A DNA stretch of 64,000 nucleotides, from positions 23,870,001-23,934,000 of the forward strand of contig OZ059900.1 in assembly GCA_964057225.1 (NCBI GenBank). Direction: 5' to 3'. The position numbers and the translations under genes are program-made. This document shows, one piece after another, positions 12,615 to 25,900 of the stretch (its first letter is position 1; the number at the start of each line of letters is the position of its first letter). The DNA is from Auanema rhodensis (lineage: Eukaryota; Animalia; Nematoda). The notes under the pieces are model-generated. The model was not told the DNA's origin. It did no database searches and was given only the letters and a program-made list of their open reading frames with translations.

Positions 12615-13100
12615 ATTAGCATATTCTGAGGGCACGCCCCTTATGGCTAATATTGATTAAATCGATTTTTGTTCATATGAGTCGTCAAATGCAACGAATT
12701 TCAGCGTCACAGTATTTCAAACCCCTGTTTTTTTGTCGTGAAAGTGGAACTAGACGTTGTACGAACAATTTTGAGCTAAGTTTCATTGACATTGCATGAG
12801 TTTGAACACATGAAATCGTAAGTCAAAACCTTGTTTACAGCGAAATTTCCAAAAACTGGTTTTCCAGCATAATAAAATATTTCTCATGGGAAATACTGTG
12901 TTTTTGTATTTTTCTAGTGTTCAGCATGTGAAATGCTTCATTTTAGTATGTAACACGCTGAAATCGCTGTAAACAAGGTTTTGACTTACGATTTCATGTG
13001 TTCAAACTCATGCAATGTCAATGAAACTTAGCTCAAAAATGTTCGTACAAGGTCTAGTTCCACTTTCACGACAAAAAACAGGGGTTAGAAAGTTAAGGAA
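12615..13100. repeat. 486-bp rearranged unit, copy 4 (inversion 12720-12964), with a different 3' arm haplotype
   Basis: Identical junctions. The 3' arm has AAACTTAGC, an A6 tract and TTAGAAAGTT. Confidence 0.95.
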
Positions 13101-13442
13101 ATTAGCATATTCTGAGGGCACGCCCCTTATGGCTAATATTGATTAAATCGATTTTTGTTCATATGAGTCGTCAAATGCAACGAACTTCAGCGTGTTACAT
13201 ACTAAAATGAAGCATTTTACATGCTGAACACTAGAAAAATACAAAAACACAGTATTTCCCATGAGAAATATTTTATTATGCTGGAAAACCAGTTTTTGGA
13301 AATTTCGCTGTAAACAAGGTTTTGACTTACGATTTCATGTGTTCAAACTCATGCAATGTCAATGAAACCTAGCTCAAAATTGTTCGTACAACGTCTAGTT
13401 CCACTTTCACGACAAAAAAACAGGGGTTAGAAAATTAAGGAA

Positions 13443-13933
13443 ATTAGCATATTCTGAGGGCACGCCCCTTATGGCTAATATTGATTAAATCGATTTTTGT
13501 TCATATGAGTCGTCAAATGCAACGAATTTCAGCGTGTTACATACTAAAATGAATCATTTTACATGCTGAACACTAGAAAAATACAAAAACACAGTATTTC
13601 CCATGAGAAATATTTTATTATGGCTAATATTGATTAAATCGATTTTTGTTCATATGAGTTGTCAAATGCAACGAATTTCAGCGTGTTACATACTAAAATG
13701 AAGGATTTTACATGCTGAACACTAGAAAAATACAAAAACACAGTATTTCCCATGAGAAATATTTTATTATGCTGGAAAACCAGTTTTTGGAAATTTCGCT
13801 GTAAACAAGGCTTTGACTTACGATTTCATGTGTTCAAACTCATGCAATGTCAATGAAACCTAGCTCAAAATTGTTCGTACAACGTCTAGTTCCACTTTCA
13901 CGACAAAAAAACAGGGGTTAGAAAATTAAGGAA
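13443..13933 (+). repeat. 491-bp variant unit
   Basis: Same junction and markers as the other 491-bp units. Confidence 0.95.
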
Positions 13934-14958
13934 ATTAGTATATTCTGAGGGCACGCCCCTTATGGCTAATATTGATTAAATCGATTTTTGTTCATATGAG
14001 TCGTCAAATGCAACGAATTTCAGCGTGTTACAAACTAAAATGAAGCATTTTACATGCTGAACACTAGAAATAAACAAAAACACAGTATTTCCCATGAGAA
14101 ATATTTTATTATGCTGGAAAACCAGTTTTTGGAAATTTCGCTGTAAACAAGGTTTTGACTTACGATTTCATGTGTTCAAACTCATGCAATGTCAATGAAA
14201 CTTAGCTCAAAATTGTTCGTACAACGTCTAGTTCCACTTTCACGACAAAAAAACAGGGGTTAGAAAATTAAGGAAATTAGCATATTCTGAGGGCACGCCC
14301 CTTATGGCTAATATTGATTAAATCGATTTTTGTTCATATGAGTCGTCAAATGCAACGAATTTCAGCGTGTTACATACTAAAATGAAGCATTTTACATGCT
14401 GAACACTAGAAAAATACAAAAACACAGTATTTCCCATGAGAAATATTTTATTATGCTGGAAAACCAGTTTTTGGAAATTTCGCTGTAAACAAGGTTTTGA
14501 CTTACGATTTCATGTGTTCAAACTCATGCAATGTCAATGAAACTTAGCTCAAAATTGTTCGTACAACGTCTAGTTCCACTTTCACGACAAAAAACAGGGG
14601 TTAGAAAGTTAAGGAAATTAGCATATTCTGAGGGCACGCCCCTTATGGCTAATATTGATTAAATCGATTTTTGTTCATATGAGTCGTCAAATGCAACGAA
14701 CTTTAGCGTGTTACATACTAAAATGAAGCATTTTACATGCTGAACACTAGAAAAATACAAAAACACAGTATTTCCCATGAGAAATATTTTATTATGCTGG
14801 AAAACCAGTTTTTGGAAATTTCGCTGTAAACAAGGTTTTGACTTACGATTTCATGTGTTCAAACTCATGCAATGTCAATGAAACCTAGCTCAAAATTGTT
14901 CGTACAACGTCTAGTTCCACTTTCACGACAAAAAAACAGGGGTTAGAAAATTAAGGAA

Positions 14959-15449
14959 ATTAGCATATTCTGAGGGCACGCCCCTTATGGCTAATATTGA
15001 TTAAATCGATTTTTGTTCATATGAGTCGTCAAATGCAACGAATTTCAGCGTGTTACATACTAAAATGAATCATTTTACATGCTGAACACTAGAAAAATAC
15101 AAAAACACAGTATTTCCCATGAGAAATATTTTATTATGGCTAATATTGATTAAATCGATTTTTGTTCATATGAGTTGTCAAATGCAACGAATTTCAGCGT
15201 GTTACATACTAAAATGAAGGATTTTACATGCTGAACACTAGAAAAATACAAAAACACAGTATTTCCCATGAGAAATATTTTATTATGCTGGAAAACCAGT
15301 TTTTGGAAATTTCGCTGTAAACAAGGCTTTGACTTACGATTTCATGTGTTCAAACTCATGCAATGTCAATGAAACCTAGCTCAAAATTGTTCGTACAACG
15401 TCTAGTTCCACTTTCACGACAAAAAAACAGGGGTTAGAAAATTAAGGAA
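14959..15449 (+). repeat. 491-bp variant unit (last in window)
   Basis: Same junction and markers as the other 491-bp units. Confidence 0.95.
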
Positions 15450-16475
15450 ATTAGCATATTCTGAGGGCACGCCCCTTATGGCTAATATTGATTAAATCGA
15501 TTTTTGTTCATATGAGTCGTCAAATGCAACGAATTTCAGCGTGTTACAAACTAAAATGAAGCATTTTACATGCTGAACACTAGAAAAAAACAAAAACACA
15601 GTATTTCCCATGAGAAATATTTTATTATGCTGGAAAACCAGTTTTTGGAAATTTCGCTGTAAACAAGGTTTTGACTTACGATTTCATGTGTTCAAACTCA
15701 TGCAATGTCAATGAAACTTAGCTCAAAATTGTTCGTACAACGTCTAGTTCCACTTTCACGACAAAAAAACAGGGGTTAGAAAATTAAGGAAATTAGCATA
15801 TTCTGAGGGCACGCCCCTTATGGCTAATATTGATTAAATCGATTTTTGTTCATATGAGTCGTCAAATGCAACGAATTTCAGCGTGTTACATACTAAAATG
15901 AAGCATTTTACATGCTGAACACTAGAAAAATACAAAAACACAGTATTTCCCATGAGAAATATTTTATTATGCTGGAAAACCAGTTTTTGGAAATTTCGCT
16001 GTAAACAAGGTTTTGACTTACGATTTCATGTGTTCAAACTCATGCAATGTCAATGAAACTTAGCTCAAAATTGTTCGTACAACGTCTAGTTCCACTTTCA
16101 CGACAAAAAAACAGGGGTTAGAAAATTAAGGAAATTAGCATATTCTGAGGGCACGCCCCTTATGGCTAATATTGATTAAATCGATTTTTGTTCATATGAG
16201 TCGTCAAATGCAACGAATTTCAGCGTGTTACATACTAAAATGAAGCATTTTACATGCTGAACACTAGAAAAATACAAAAACACAGTATTTCCCATGAGAA
16301 ATATTTTATTATGCTGGAAAACCAGTTTTTGGAAATTTCGCTGTAAACAAGGTTTTGACTTACGATTTCATGTGTTCAAACTCATGCAATGTCAATGAAA
16401 CCTAGCTCAAAATTGTTCGTACAACGTCTAGTTCCACTTTCACGACAAAAAAACAGGGGTTAGAAAATTAAGGAA

Positions 16476-16962
16476 ATTAGCATATTCTGAGGGCACGCCC
16501 CTTATGGCTAATATTGATTAAATCGATTTTTGTTCATATGAGTCGTCAAATGCAACGAATTTCAGCGTCACAGTATTTCAAACCCCTGTTTTTTTGTCGT
16601 GAAAGTGGAACTAGACGTTGTACGAACAATTTTGAGCTAAGTTTCATTGACATTGCATGAGTTTGAACACATGAAATCGTAAGTCAAAACCTTGTTTACA
16701 GCGAAATTTCCAAAAACTGGTTTTCCAGCATAATAAAATATTTCTCATGGGAAATACTGTGTTTTTGTATTTTTCTAGTGTTCAGCATGTAAAATGCTTC
16801 ATTTTAGTATGTAACACGCTGAAATCGCTGTAAACAAGGTTTTGACTTACGATTTCATGTGTTCAAACTCATGCAATGTCAATGAAACCTAACTCAAAAT
16901 TGTTCGTACAACGTCTAGTTCCACTTTCACGACAAAAAAACAGGGGTTAGAAAATTAAGGAA
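16476..16962. repeat. 487-bp rearranged unit, copy 5 (inversion 16581-16825; last in window)
   Basis: Identical junctions to copy 1. Confidence 0.96.
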
Positions 16963-19900
16963 ATTAGCATATTCTGAGGGCACGCCCCTTATGGCTAATA
17001 TTGATTAAATCGATTTTTGTTCATATGAGTCGTCAAATGCAACAAATTTCAGCGTGTTACATACTAAAATGAAGCATTTTACATGCTGAACACTAGAAAA
17101 ATACAAAAACACAGTATTTCCCATGAAAAATATTTTATTATGCTGGAAAACCAGTTTTTGGAAATTTCGCTGTAAACAAGGTTTTGACTTACGATTTCAT
17201 GTGTTCAAACTCATGCAATGTCAATGAAACTTAGCTCAAAATTGTTCGTACAACGTCTAGTTCCACTTTCACGACAAAAAAACAGGGGTTAGAAAATTAA
17301 GGAAATTAGCATATTCTGAGGGCATGCCCCTTATGGCTAATAATGATTAAATCGATTTTTGTTCATATGAGTCGTCAAATGCAACGAATTTCAGCGTGTT
17401 ACATACTAAAATGAAGCATTTTACATGCTGAACACTAGAAAAATACAAAAACACAGTATTTCCCATGAGAAATATTTTATTATGCTGGAAAACCAGTTTT
17501 TGGAAATTTCGCTGTAAACAAGGTTTTGACTTACGATTTCATGTGTTCAAACTCATGCAGTGTCAATGAAACTTAGCTCAAAATTGTTCGTACAACGTCT
17601 AGTTCCACTTTCACGACAAAAAAACAGGGGTTAGAAAATTAAGGAAATTAGCATATTCTGAGGGCATGCCCCTTATGGCTTATAATGATTAAATCGATTT
17701 TTGTTCATATGAGTCGTCAAATGCAACGAATTTCAGCGTGTTACATACTAAAATGAAGCATTTTACATGCTGAACACTAGAAAAATACAAAAACACAGTA
17801 TTTCCCATGAGAAATATTTTATTATGCTGGAAAACCAGTTTTTGGAAATTTCGCTGTAAACAAGGTTTTGACTTACGATTTCATGTGTTCAAACTCATGC
17901 AATGTCAAAGAAACCTAGCTCAAAATTGTTCGTACAACGTCTAGTTCTACTTTCACGACAAAAAAACAGGGGTTAGAAAATTAAGGAAATTAGCATATTC
18001 TGAGGGCACGCCCCTTATAGCTAATATTGATTAAATCGATTTTTGTTCATATGAGTCGTCAAATGCAACGAATTTCAGCGTGTTACATACTAAAATGAAG
18101 CATTTTACATGCTGAACACTAGAAAAATACAAAAACACAGTATTTCCCATGAGAAATATTTTATTATGCTGGAAAACCAGTTTTTGGAAATTTCGCTGTA
18201 AACAAGGTTTTGACTTACGATTTCATGTGTTCAAACTCATGCAATGTCAATGAAACCTAGCTCAAAATTGTTCGTACAACGTCTAGTTCCACTTTCACGA
18301 CAAAAAAACAGGGGTTAGAAAATTAAGGAAATTAGCATATTCTGAGGGCACGCCCCTTATGGCTAATATTGATTAAATCGATTTTTGTTCATATGAGTCG
18401 TCAAATGCAACGAATTTCAGCGTGTTACATACTATAATGAAGCATTTTACATGCTGAACACTAGAAAAATACAAAAACACAGTATTTCCCATGAGAAATA
18501 TTTTATTATGCTGGAAAACCAGTTTTTGGAAATTTCGCTGTAAACAAGGTTTTGACTTACGATTTCATGTGTTCAAACTCATGCAATGTCAATGAAACCT
18601 AACTCAAAATTGTTCGTACAACGTCTAGTTCCACTTTCACGACAAAAAAACAGGGGTTAGAAAATTAAGGAAATTAGCATATTCTGAGGGCACGCCCCTT
18701 ATGGCTAATAATGATTAAATCGATTTTTGTTCATATGAGTCGTCAAATGCAACGAATTTCAGCGTGTTACATACTAAAATGAAGCATTTTACATGCTGAA
18801 CACTAGAAAAATACAAAAACACAGTATTTCCCATGAGAAATATTTTATTATGCTGGAAAACCAGTTTTTGGAAATTTCGCTGTAAACAAGGTTTTGACTT
18901 ACGATTTCATGTGTTCAAACTCATGCAATGTCAATGAAACCTAGCTCAAAATTGTTCGTACAACGTCTAGTTCCACTTTCACGACAAAAAAACAGGGGTT
19001 AGAAAATTAAGGAAATTAGTATATTCTGAGGGCACGCCCCTTATGGCTAATATTGATTAAATCGATTTTTGTTCATATGAGTCGTCAAATGCAACGAATT
19101 TCAGCGTGTTACATACTAAAATGAAGCATTTTACATGCTGAACACTAGAAAAATACAAAAACACAGTATTTCCCATGAGAAATATTTTATTATGCTGGAA
19201 AACCAGTTTTTGGAAATTTCGCTGTAAACAAGGTTTTGACTTACGATTTCATGTGTTCAAACTCATGCAATGTCAATGAAACCTAGCTCAAAATTGTTCG
19301 TACAACGTCTAGTTCCACTTTCACGACAAAAAAACAGGGGTTAGAAAATTAAGGAAATTAGTATATTCTGAGGGCACGCCCCTTATGGCTAATATTGATT
19401 AAATCGATTTTTGTTCATATGAGTCGTCAAATGCAACGAATTTCAGCGTGTTACATACTAAAATGAAGCATTTCACATGCTGAACACTAGAAAAAAACAA
19501 AAACACAGTATTTCCCATGAGAAATATTTTATTATGCTGGAAAACCAGTTTTTGGAAATTTCGCTGTAAACAAGGTTTTGACATACGATTTCATGTGTTC
19601 AAACTCATGCAATGTCAATGAAACTTAGCTCAAAATTGTTCGTACAACGTCTAGTTCCACTTTCACGACAAAAAAACAGGGGTTAGAAAATTAAGGAAAT
19701 TAGCATATTCTGAGGGCACGCCCCTTATGGCTAATATTGATTAAATCGATTTTTGTTCATATGAGTCGTCAAATGCAACGAATTTCAGCGTGTTACATAC
19801 TAAAATGAAGCAATTTACATGCTGAACACTAGAAAAATACAAAAACACAGTATTTCCCATGAGAAATATTTTATTATGCTGGAAAACCAGTTTTTGGAAA

Positions 19901-22900
19901 TTTCGCTGTAAACAAGGTTTTGACTTACGATTTCATGTGTTCAAACTCATGCAATGTCAATGAAACCTAGCTCAAAAATGTTCGTACAACGTCTAGTTCC
20001 ACTTTCACGACAAAAAAACAGGGGTTAGAAAATTAAGGAAATTAGTATATTCTGAGGGCACGCCCCTTATGGCTAATATTGATTAAATCGATTTTTGTTC
20101 ATATGAGTCGTCAAATGCAACGAATTTCAGCGTGTTACATACTAAAATGAAGCATTTTACATGCTGAACACTAGAAAAAAACAAAAACACAGTATTTCCC
20201 ATGAGAAATATTTTATTATGCTGGAAAACCAGTTTTTGGAAATTTCGCTGTAAACAAGGTTTTGACTTACGATTTCATGTGTTCAAACTCATGCAATGTC
20301 AATGAAACCTAGCTCAAAATTGTTCGTACAACGTCTAGTTCCACTTTCACGACAAAAAAACAGGGGTTAGAAAATTAAGGAAATTAGCATATTCTGAGGG
20401 CACGCCCCTTATGGCTAATATTGATTAAATCGATTTTTGTTCATATGAGTCGTCAAATGCAACGAATTTCAGCGTGTTACATACTAAAATGAAGCATTTT
20501 ACATGCTGAACACTAGAAAAATACAAAAACACAGTATTTCCCATGAGAAATATTTTATTATGCTGGAAAACCAGTTTTTGGAAATTTCGCTGTAAACAAG
20601 GTTTTGACTTACGATTTCATGTGTTCAAACTCATGCAATGTCAATGAAACCTAACTCAAAATTGTTCGTACAACGTCTAGTTCCACTTTCACGACAAAAA
20701 AACAGGGGTTAGAAAATTAAGGAAATTAGCATATTCTGAGGGCACGCCCCTTATGGCTAATAATGATTAAATCGATTTTTGTTCATATGAGTCGTCAAAT
20801 GCAACGAATTTCAGCGTGTTACATACTAAAATGAAGCATTTTACATGCTGAACACTAGAAAAATACAAAAACACAGTATTTCCCATGAGAAATATTTTAT
20901 TATGCTGGAAAACCAGTTTTTGGAAATTTCGCTGTAAACAAGGTTTTGACTTACGATTTCATGTGTTCAAACTCATGCAATGTCAATGAAACCTAGCTCA
21001 AAATTGTTCGTACAACGTCTAGTTCCACTTTCACGACAAAAAAAAAGGGGTTAGAAAATTAAGGAAATTAGTATATTCTGAGGGCACGCCCCTTATGGCT
21101 AATATTGATTAAATCGATTTTTGTTCATATGAGTCGTCAAATGCAACGAATTTCAGCGTGTTACATACTAAAATGAAGCATTTTACATGCTGAACACTAG
21201 AAAAAAACAAAAACACAGTATTTCCCATGAGAAATATTTTATTATGCTGGAAAACCAGTTTTTGGAAATTTCGCTGTAAACAAGGTTTTGACATACGATT
21301 TCATGTGTTCAAACTCATGCAATGTCAATGAAACTTAGCTCAAAATTGTTCGTACAACGTCTAGTTCCACTTTCACGACAAAAAAACAGGGGTTAGAAAA
21401 TTAAGGAAATTAGCATATTCTGAGGGCACGCCCCTTATGGCTAATATTGATTAAATCGATTTTTGTTCATATGAGTCGTCAAATGCAACGAATTTCAGCG
21501 TGTTACATACTAAAATGAAGCATTTTACATGCTGAACACTAGAAAAATACAAAAACACAGTATTTCCCATGAGAAATATTTTATTATGCTGGAAAACCAG
21601 TTTTTGGAAATTTCGCTGTAAACAAGGATTTGACTTACGATTTCATGTGTTCAAACTCATGCAATGTCAATGAAACCTAGCTCAAAATTGTTTGTACAAC
21701 GTCTAGTTCCACTTTCACGACAAAAAAACAGGGGTTAGAAAATTAAGGAAATTAGCATATTCTGAGGGCACGCCCCTTATGGCTAATATTGATTAAATCG
21801 ATTTTTGTTCATATGAGTCGTCAAATGCAACGAATTTCAGCGTGTTACATACTAAAATGAAGCATTTTACATGCTGAACACTAGAAAAATACAAAAACAC
21901 AATATTTCCCATGAGAAATATTTTATTATGCTGGAAAACCAGTTTTTGGAAATTTCGCTGTAAACAAGGTTTTGACTTACGATTTCATGTGTTCAAACTC
22001 ATGCAATGTCAATGAAACCTAGCTCAAAATTGTTCGTACAACGTCTAGTTCCACTTTCACGACAAAAAAACAGGGGTTAGAAAATTAAGGAAATTAGCAT
22101 ATTCTGAGGGCACGCCCCTTATGGCTAATATTGATTAAATCGATTTTTGTTCATATGAGTCGTCAAATGCAACTAATTTCAGCGTGTTACATACTAAAAT
22201 GAAGCATTTTACATGCTGAACACTAGAAAAAAACAAAAACACAGTATTTCCCATGAGAAATATTTTATTATGCTGGAAAACCAGTTTTTGGAAATATCGC
22301 TGTAAACAAGGTTTTGACTTACGATTTCATGTGTTCAAACTCATGCAATGTCAATGAAACCTAGCTCAAAATTGTTCGTACAACGTCTAGTTCCACTTTC
22401 ACGACAAAAAAACAGGGGTTAGAAAATTAAGGAAGTTAGCATATTCTGAGGGCACGGCCCTTATGGCTAATATTGATTAAATCGATTTTTGTTCATATGA
22501 GTCGTCAAATGCAACGAATTTCAGCGTGTTACATACTAAAATGAAGCATTTTACATGCTGAACACTAGAAAAATACAAAAACACAGTATTTCCCATGAGA
22601 AATATTTTATTATGCTGGAAAACCAGTTTTTGGAAATTTCGCTGTAAACAAGGTTTTGACTTACGATTTCATGTGTTCAAACTCATGCAATGTCAATGAA
22701 ACCTAGCTCAAAATTTTTCGTACAACGTCTAGTTCCACTTTCACGACAAAAAAACAAGGGTTAGAAAATTAAGGAAATTAGCATATTCTGAGGGCACGCC
22801 CCTTATGGCTAATATTGATTAAATCGATTTTTGTTCATATGAGTCGTCAAATGCAACGAATTTCTGCATGTTACATACTAAAATGAAGCATTTTACATGC

Positions 22901-25900
22901 TGAACACTAGAAAAAAACAAAAACACAGTATTTCCCATGAGAAATATTTTATTATGCTGGAAAACCAGTTTTTGGAAATTTCGCTGTAAACAAGGTTTTG
23001 ACTTACGATTTCATGTGTTCAAACTCATGCAATGTCAATGAAACTTAGCTCAAAATTGTTCGTACAACGTCTAGTTCCACTTTCACGACAAAAAAACAGG
23101 GGTTAGAAAATTAAGGAAATTAGCATATTCTGAGGGCACGCCCCTTATAGCTAATATTGATTAAATCGATTTTTGTTCATATGAGTCGTCAAATGCAACG
23201 AATTTCAGCGTGTTACATACTAAAATGAAGCATTTTACATGCTGAACACTAGAAAAAAACAAAAACACAGTATTTCCCATGAGAAATATTTTATTATGCT
23301 GGAAAACCAGTTTTTGGAAATTTCGCTGTAAACAAGGTTTTGACTTACGATTTCATGTGTTCAAACTCTTGCAATGTCAATGAAACCTAGCTCAAAATTG
23401 TTCGTACAACGTCTAGTTCCACTTTCACGACAAAAAAAACAGGGGTTAGAAAATTAAGGAAGTTAGCATATTCTGAGGGCACGCCCCTTATGGCTAATAT
23501 TGATTAAATCGATTTTTGTTCATATGAGTCGTCAAATGCAACGAATTTCAGCGTGTTACATACTAAAATGAAGCATTTTACATGCTGAACACTAGAAAAA
23601 TACAAAAACACAGTATTTCCCATGAGAAATATTTTATTATGCTGGAAAACCAGTTTTTGGAAATTTCGCTGTAAACAAGGTTTTGACTTACGATTTCATG
23701 TGTTCAAACTCATGCAATGTCAATGAAACCTAGCTCAAAATTGTTCGTACAACGTCTAGTTCCACTTTCACGACAAAAAAACAAGGGTTAGAAAATTAAG
23801 GAAATTAGCATATTCTGAGGGCACGCCCCTTATGGCTAATATTGATTAAATCGATTTTTGTTCATATGAGTCGTCAAATGCAACGAATTTCTGCATGTTA
23901 CATACTAAAATGAAGCATTTCACATGCTGAACACTAGAAAAAAACAAATACACAGTATTTCCCATGAGAAATATTTTATTATGCTGGAAAACCAGTTTTT
24001 GGAAATTTCGCTGTAAACAAGGTTTTGACTTACGATTTCATGTGTTCAAACTCATGCAATGTCAATGAAACTTAGCTCAAAATTGTTCGTACAACGTCTA
24101 GTTCCACTTTCACGACAAAAAAACAGGGGTTAGAAAATTAAGGAAATTAGCATATTCTGAGGGCACGCCCCTTATAGCTAATATTGATTAAATCGATTTT
24201 TGTTCATATGAGTCGTCAAATGCAACGAATTTCAGCGTGTTACATACTAAAATGAAGCATTTTACATGCTGAACACTAGAAAAATACAAAAACACAGTAT
24301 TTCCCATGAGAAATATTTTATTATGCTGGAAAACCAGTTTTTGGAAATTTCGCTGTAAACAAGGTTTTGACTTACGATTTCATGTGTTCAAACTCATGCA
24401 ATGTCAATGAAACCTAGCTCAAAATTGTTCGTACAACGTCTAGTTCCACTTTCACGACAAAAAAACAGGGGTTAGAAAATTAAGGAAATTAGCATATTCT
24501 GAGGGCACGCCCCTTATGGCTAATATTGATTAAATCGATTTTTGTTCATATGAGTCGTCAAATGCAACGAATTTCAGCGTGTTACATACTAAAATGAAGC
24601 ATTTTACATGCTGAACACTAGAAAAATACAAAAACACAGTATTTCCCATGAGAAATATTTTATTATGCTGGAAAACCAGTTTTTGGAAATTTCGCTGTAA
24701 ACAAGGTTTGACTTACGATTTCATGTGTTCAAACTCATGCAATGTCAATGAAACCTAGCTCAAAATTGTTCGTACAACGTCTAGTTCCACTTTCACGACA
24801 AAAAAACAGGGGTTAGAAAATTAAGGAAATTAGCATATTCTGAGGGCACGCCCCTTATTGCTAATATTGATTAAATCGATTTTTGTTCATATGAGTCGTC
24901 AAATGCAACGAATTTCAGCGTGTTACATACTAAAATGAAGCATTTTACATGCTGAACACTAGAAAAATACAAAAACACAATATTTCCCATGAGAAATATT
25001 TTATTATGCTGGAAAACCAGTTTTTGGAAATTTCGCTGTAAACAAGGTTTTGACTTACGATTTCATGTGTTCAAACTCATGCAATGTCAATGAAACCTAG
25101 CTCAAAATTGTTCGTACAACGTCTAGTTCCACTTTCACGACAAAAAAACAGGGGTTAGAAAATTAAGGAAGTTAGCATATTCTGAGGGCACGGCCCTTAT
25201 GGCTAATATTGATTAAATCGACTTTTGTTCATATGAGTCGTCAAATGCAACGAATTTCAGCGTGTTACATACTAAAATGAAGCATTTTACATGCTGAACA
25301 CTAGAAAAAAACAAAAACACAGTATTTCCCATGAGAAATATTTTATTATGCTGGAAAACCAGTTTTTGGAAATTTCGCTGTAAACAAGGTTTTGACTTAC
25401 GATTTCATGTGTTCAAACTCTTGCAATGTCAATGAAACCTAGCTCAAAATTGTTCGTACAACGTCTAGTTCCACTTTCACGACAAAAAAAACAGGGGTTA
25501 GAAAATTAAGGAAGTTAGCATATTCTGAGGGCACGCCCCTTATGGCTAATATTGATTAAATCGATTTTTGTTCATATGAGTCGTCAAATGCAACGAATTT
25601 CAGCGTGTTACATACTAAAATGAAGCATTTTACATGCTGAACACTAGAAAAATACAAAAACACAGTATTTCCCATGAGAAATATTTTATTATGCTGGAAA
25701 ACCAGTTTTTGGAAATTTCGCTGTAAACAAGGTTTTGACTTACGATTTCATGTGTTCAAACTCATGCAATGTCAATGAAACCTAGCTCAAAATTGTTCGT
25801 ACAACGTCTAGTTCCACTTTCACGACAAAAAAAAAGGGGTTAGAAAATTAAGGAAATTAGTATATTCTGAGGGCACGCCCCTTATAGCTAATATTGATTA

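Noticed and set aside
23431-23440. A6/A7/A8 and T3/T4 homopolymer length variants as sequencing errors or a phase-variation code
   Set aside because: They co-segregate with neighbouring SNP markers across duplicated blocks, so most are real inherited slippage variants. Nothing coding is present for them to switch.
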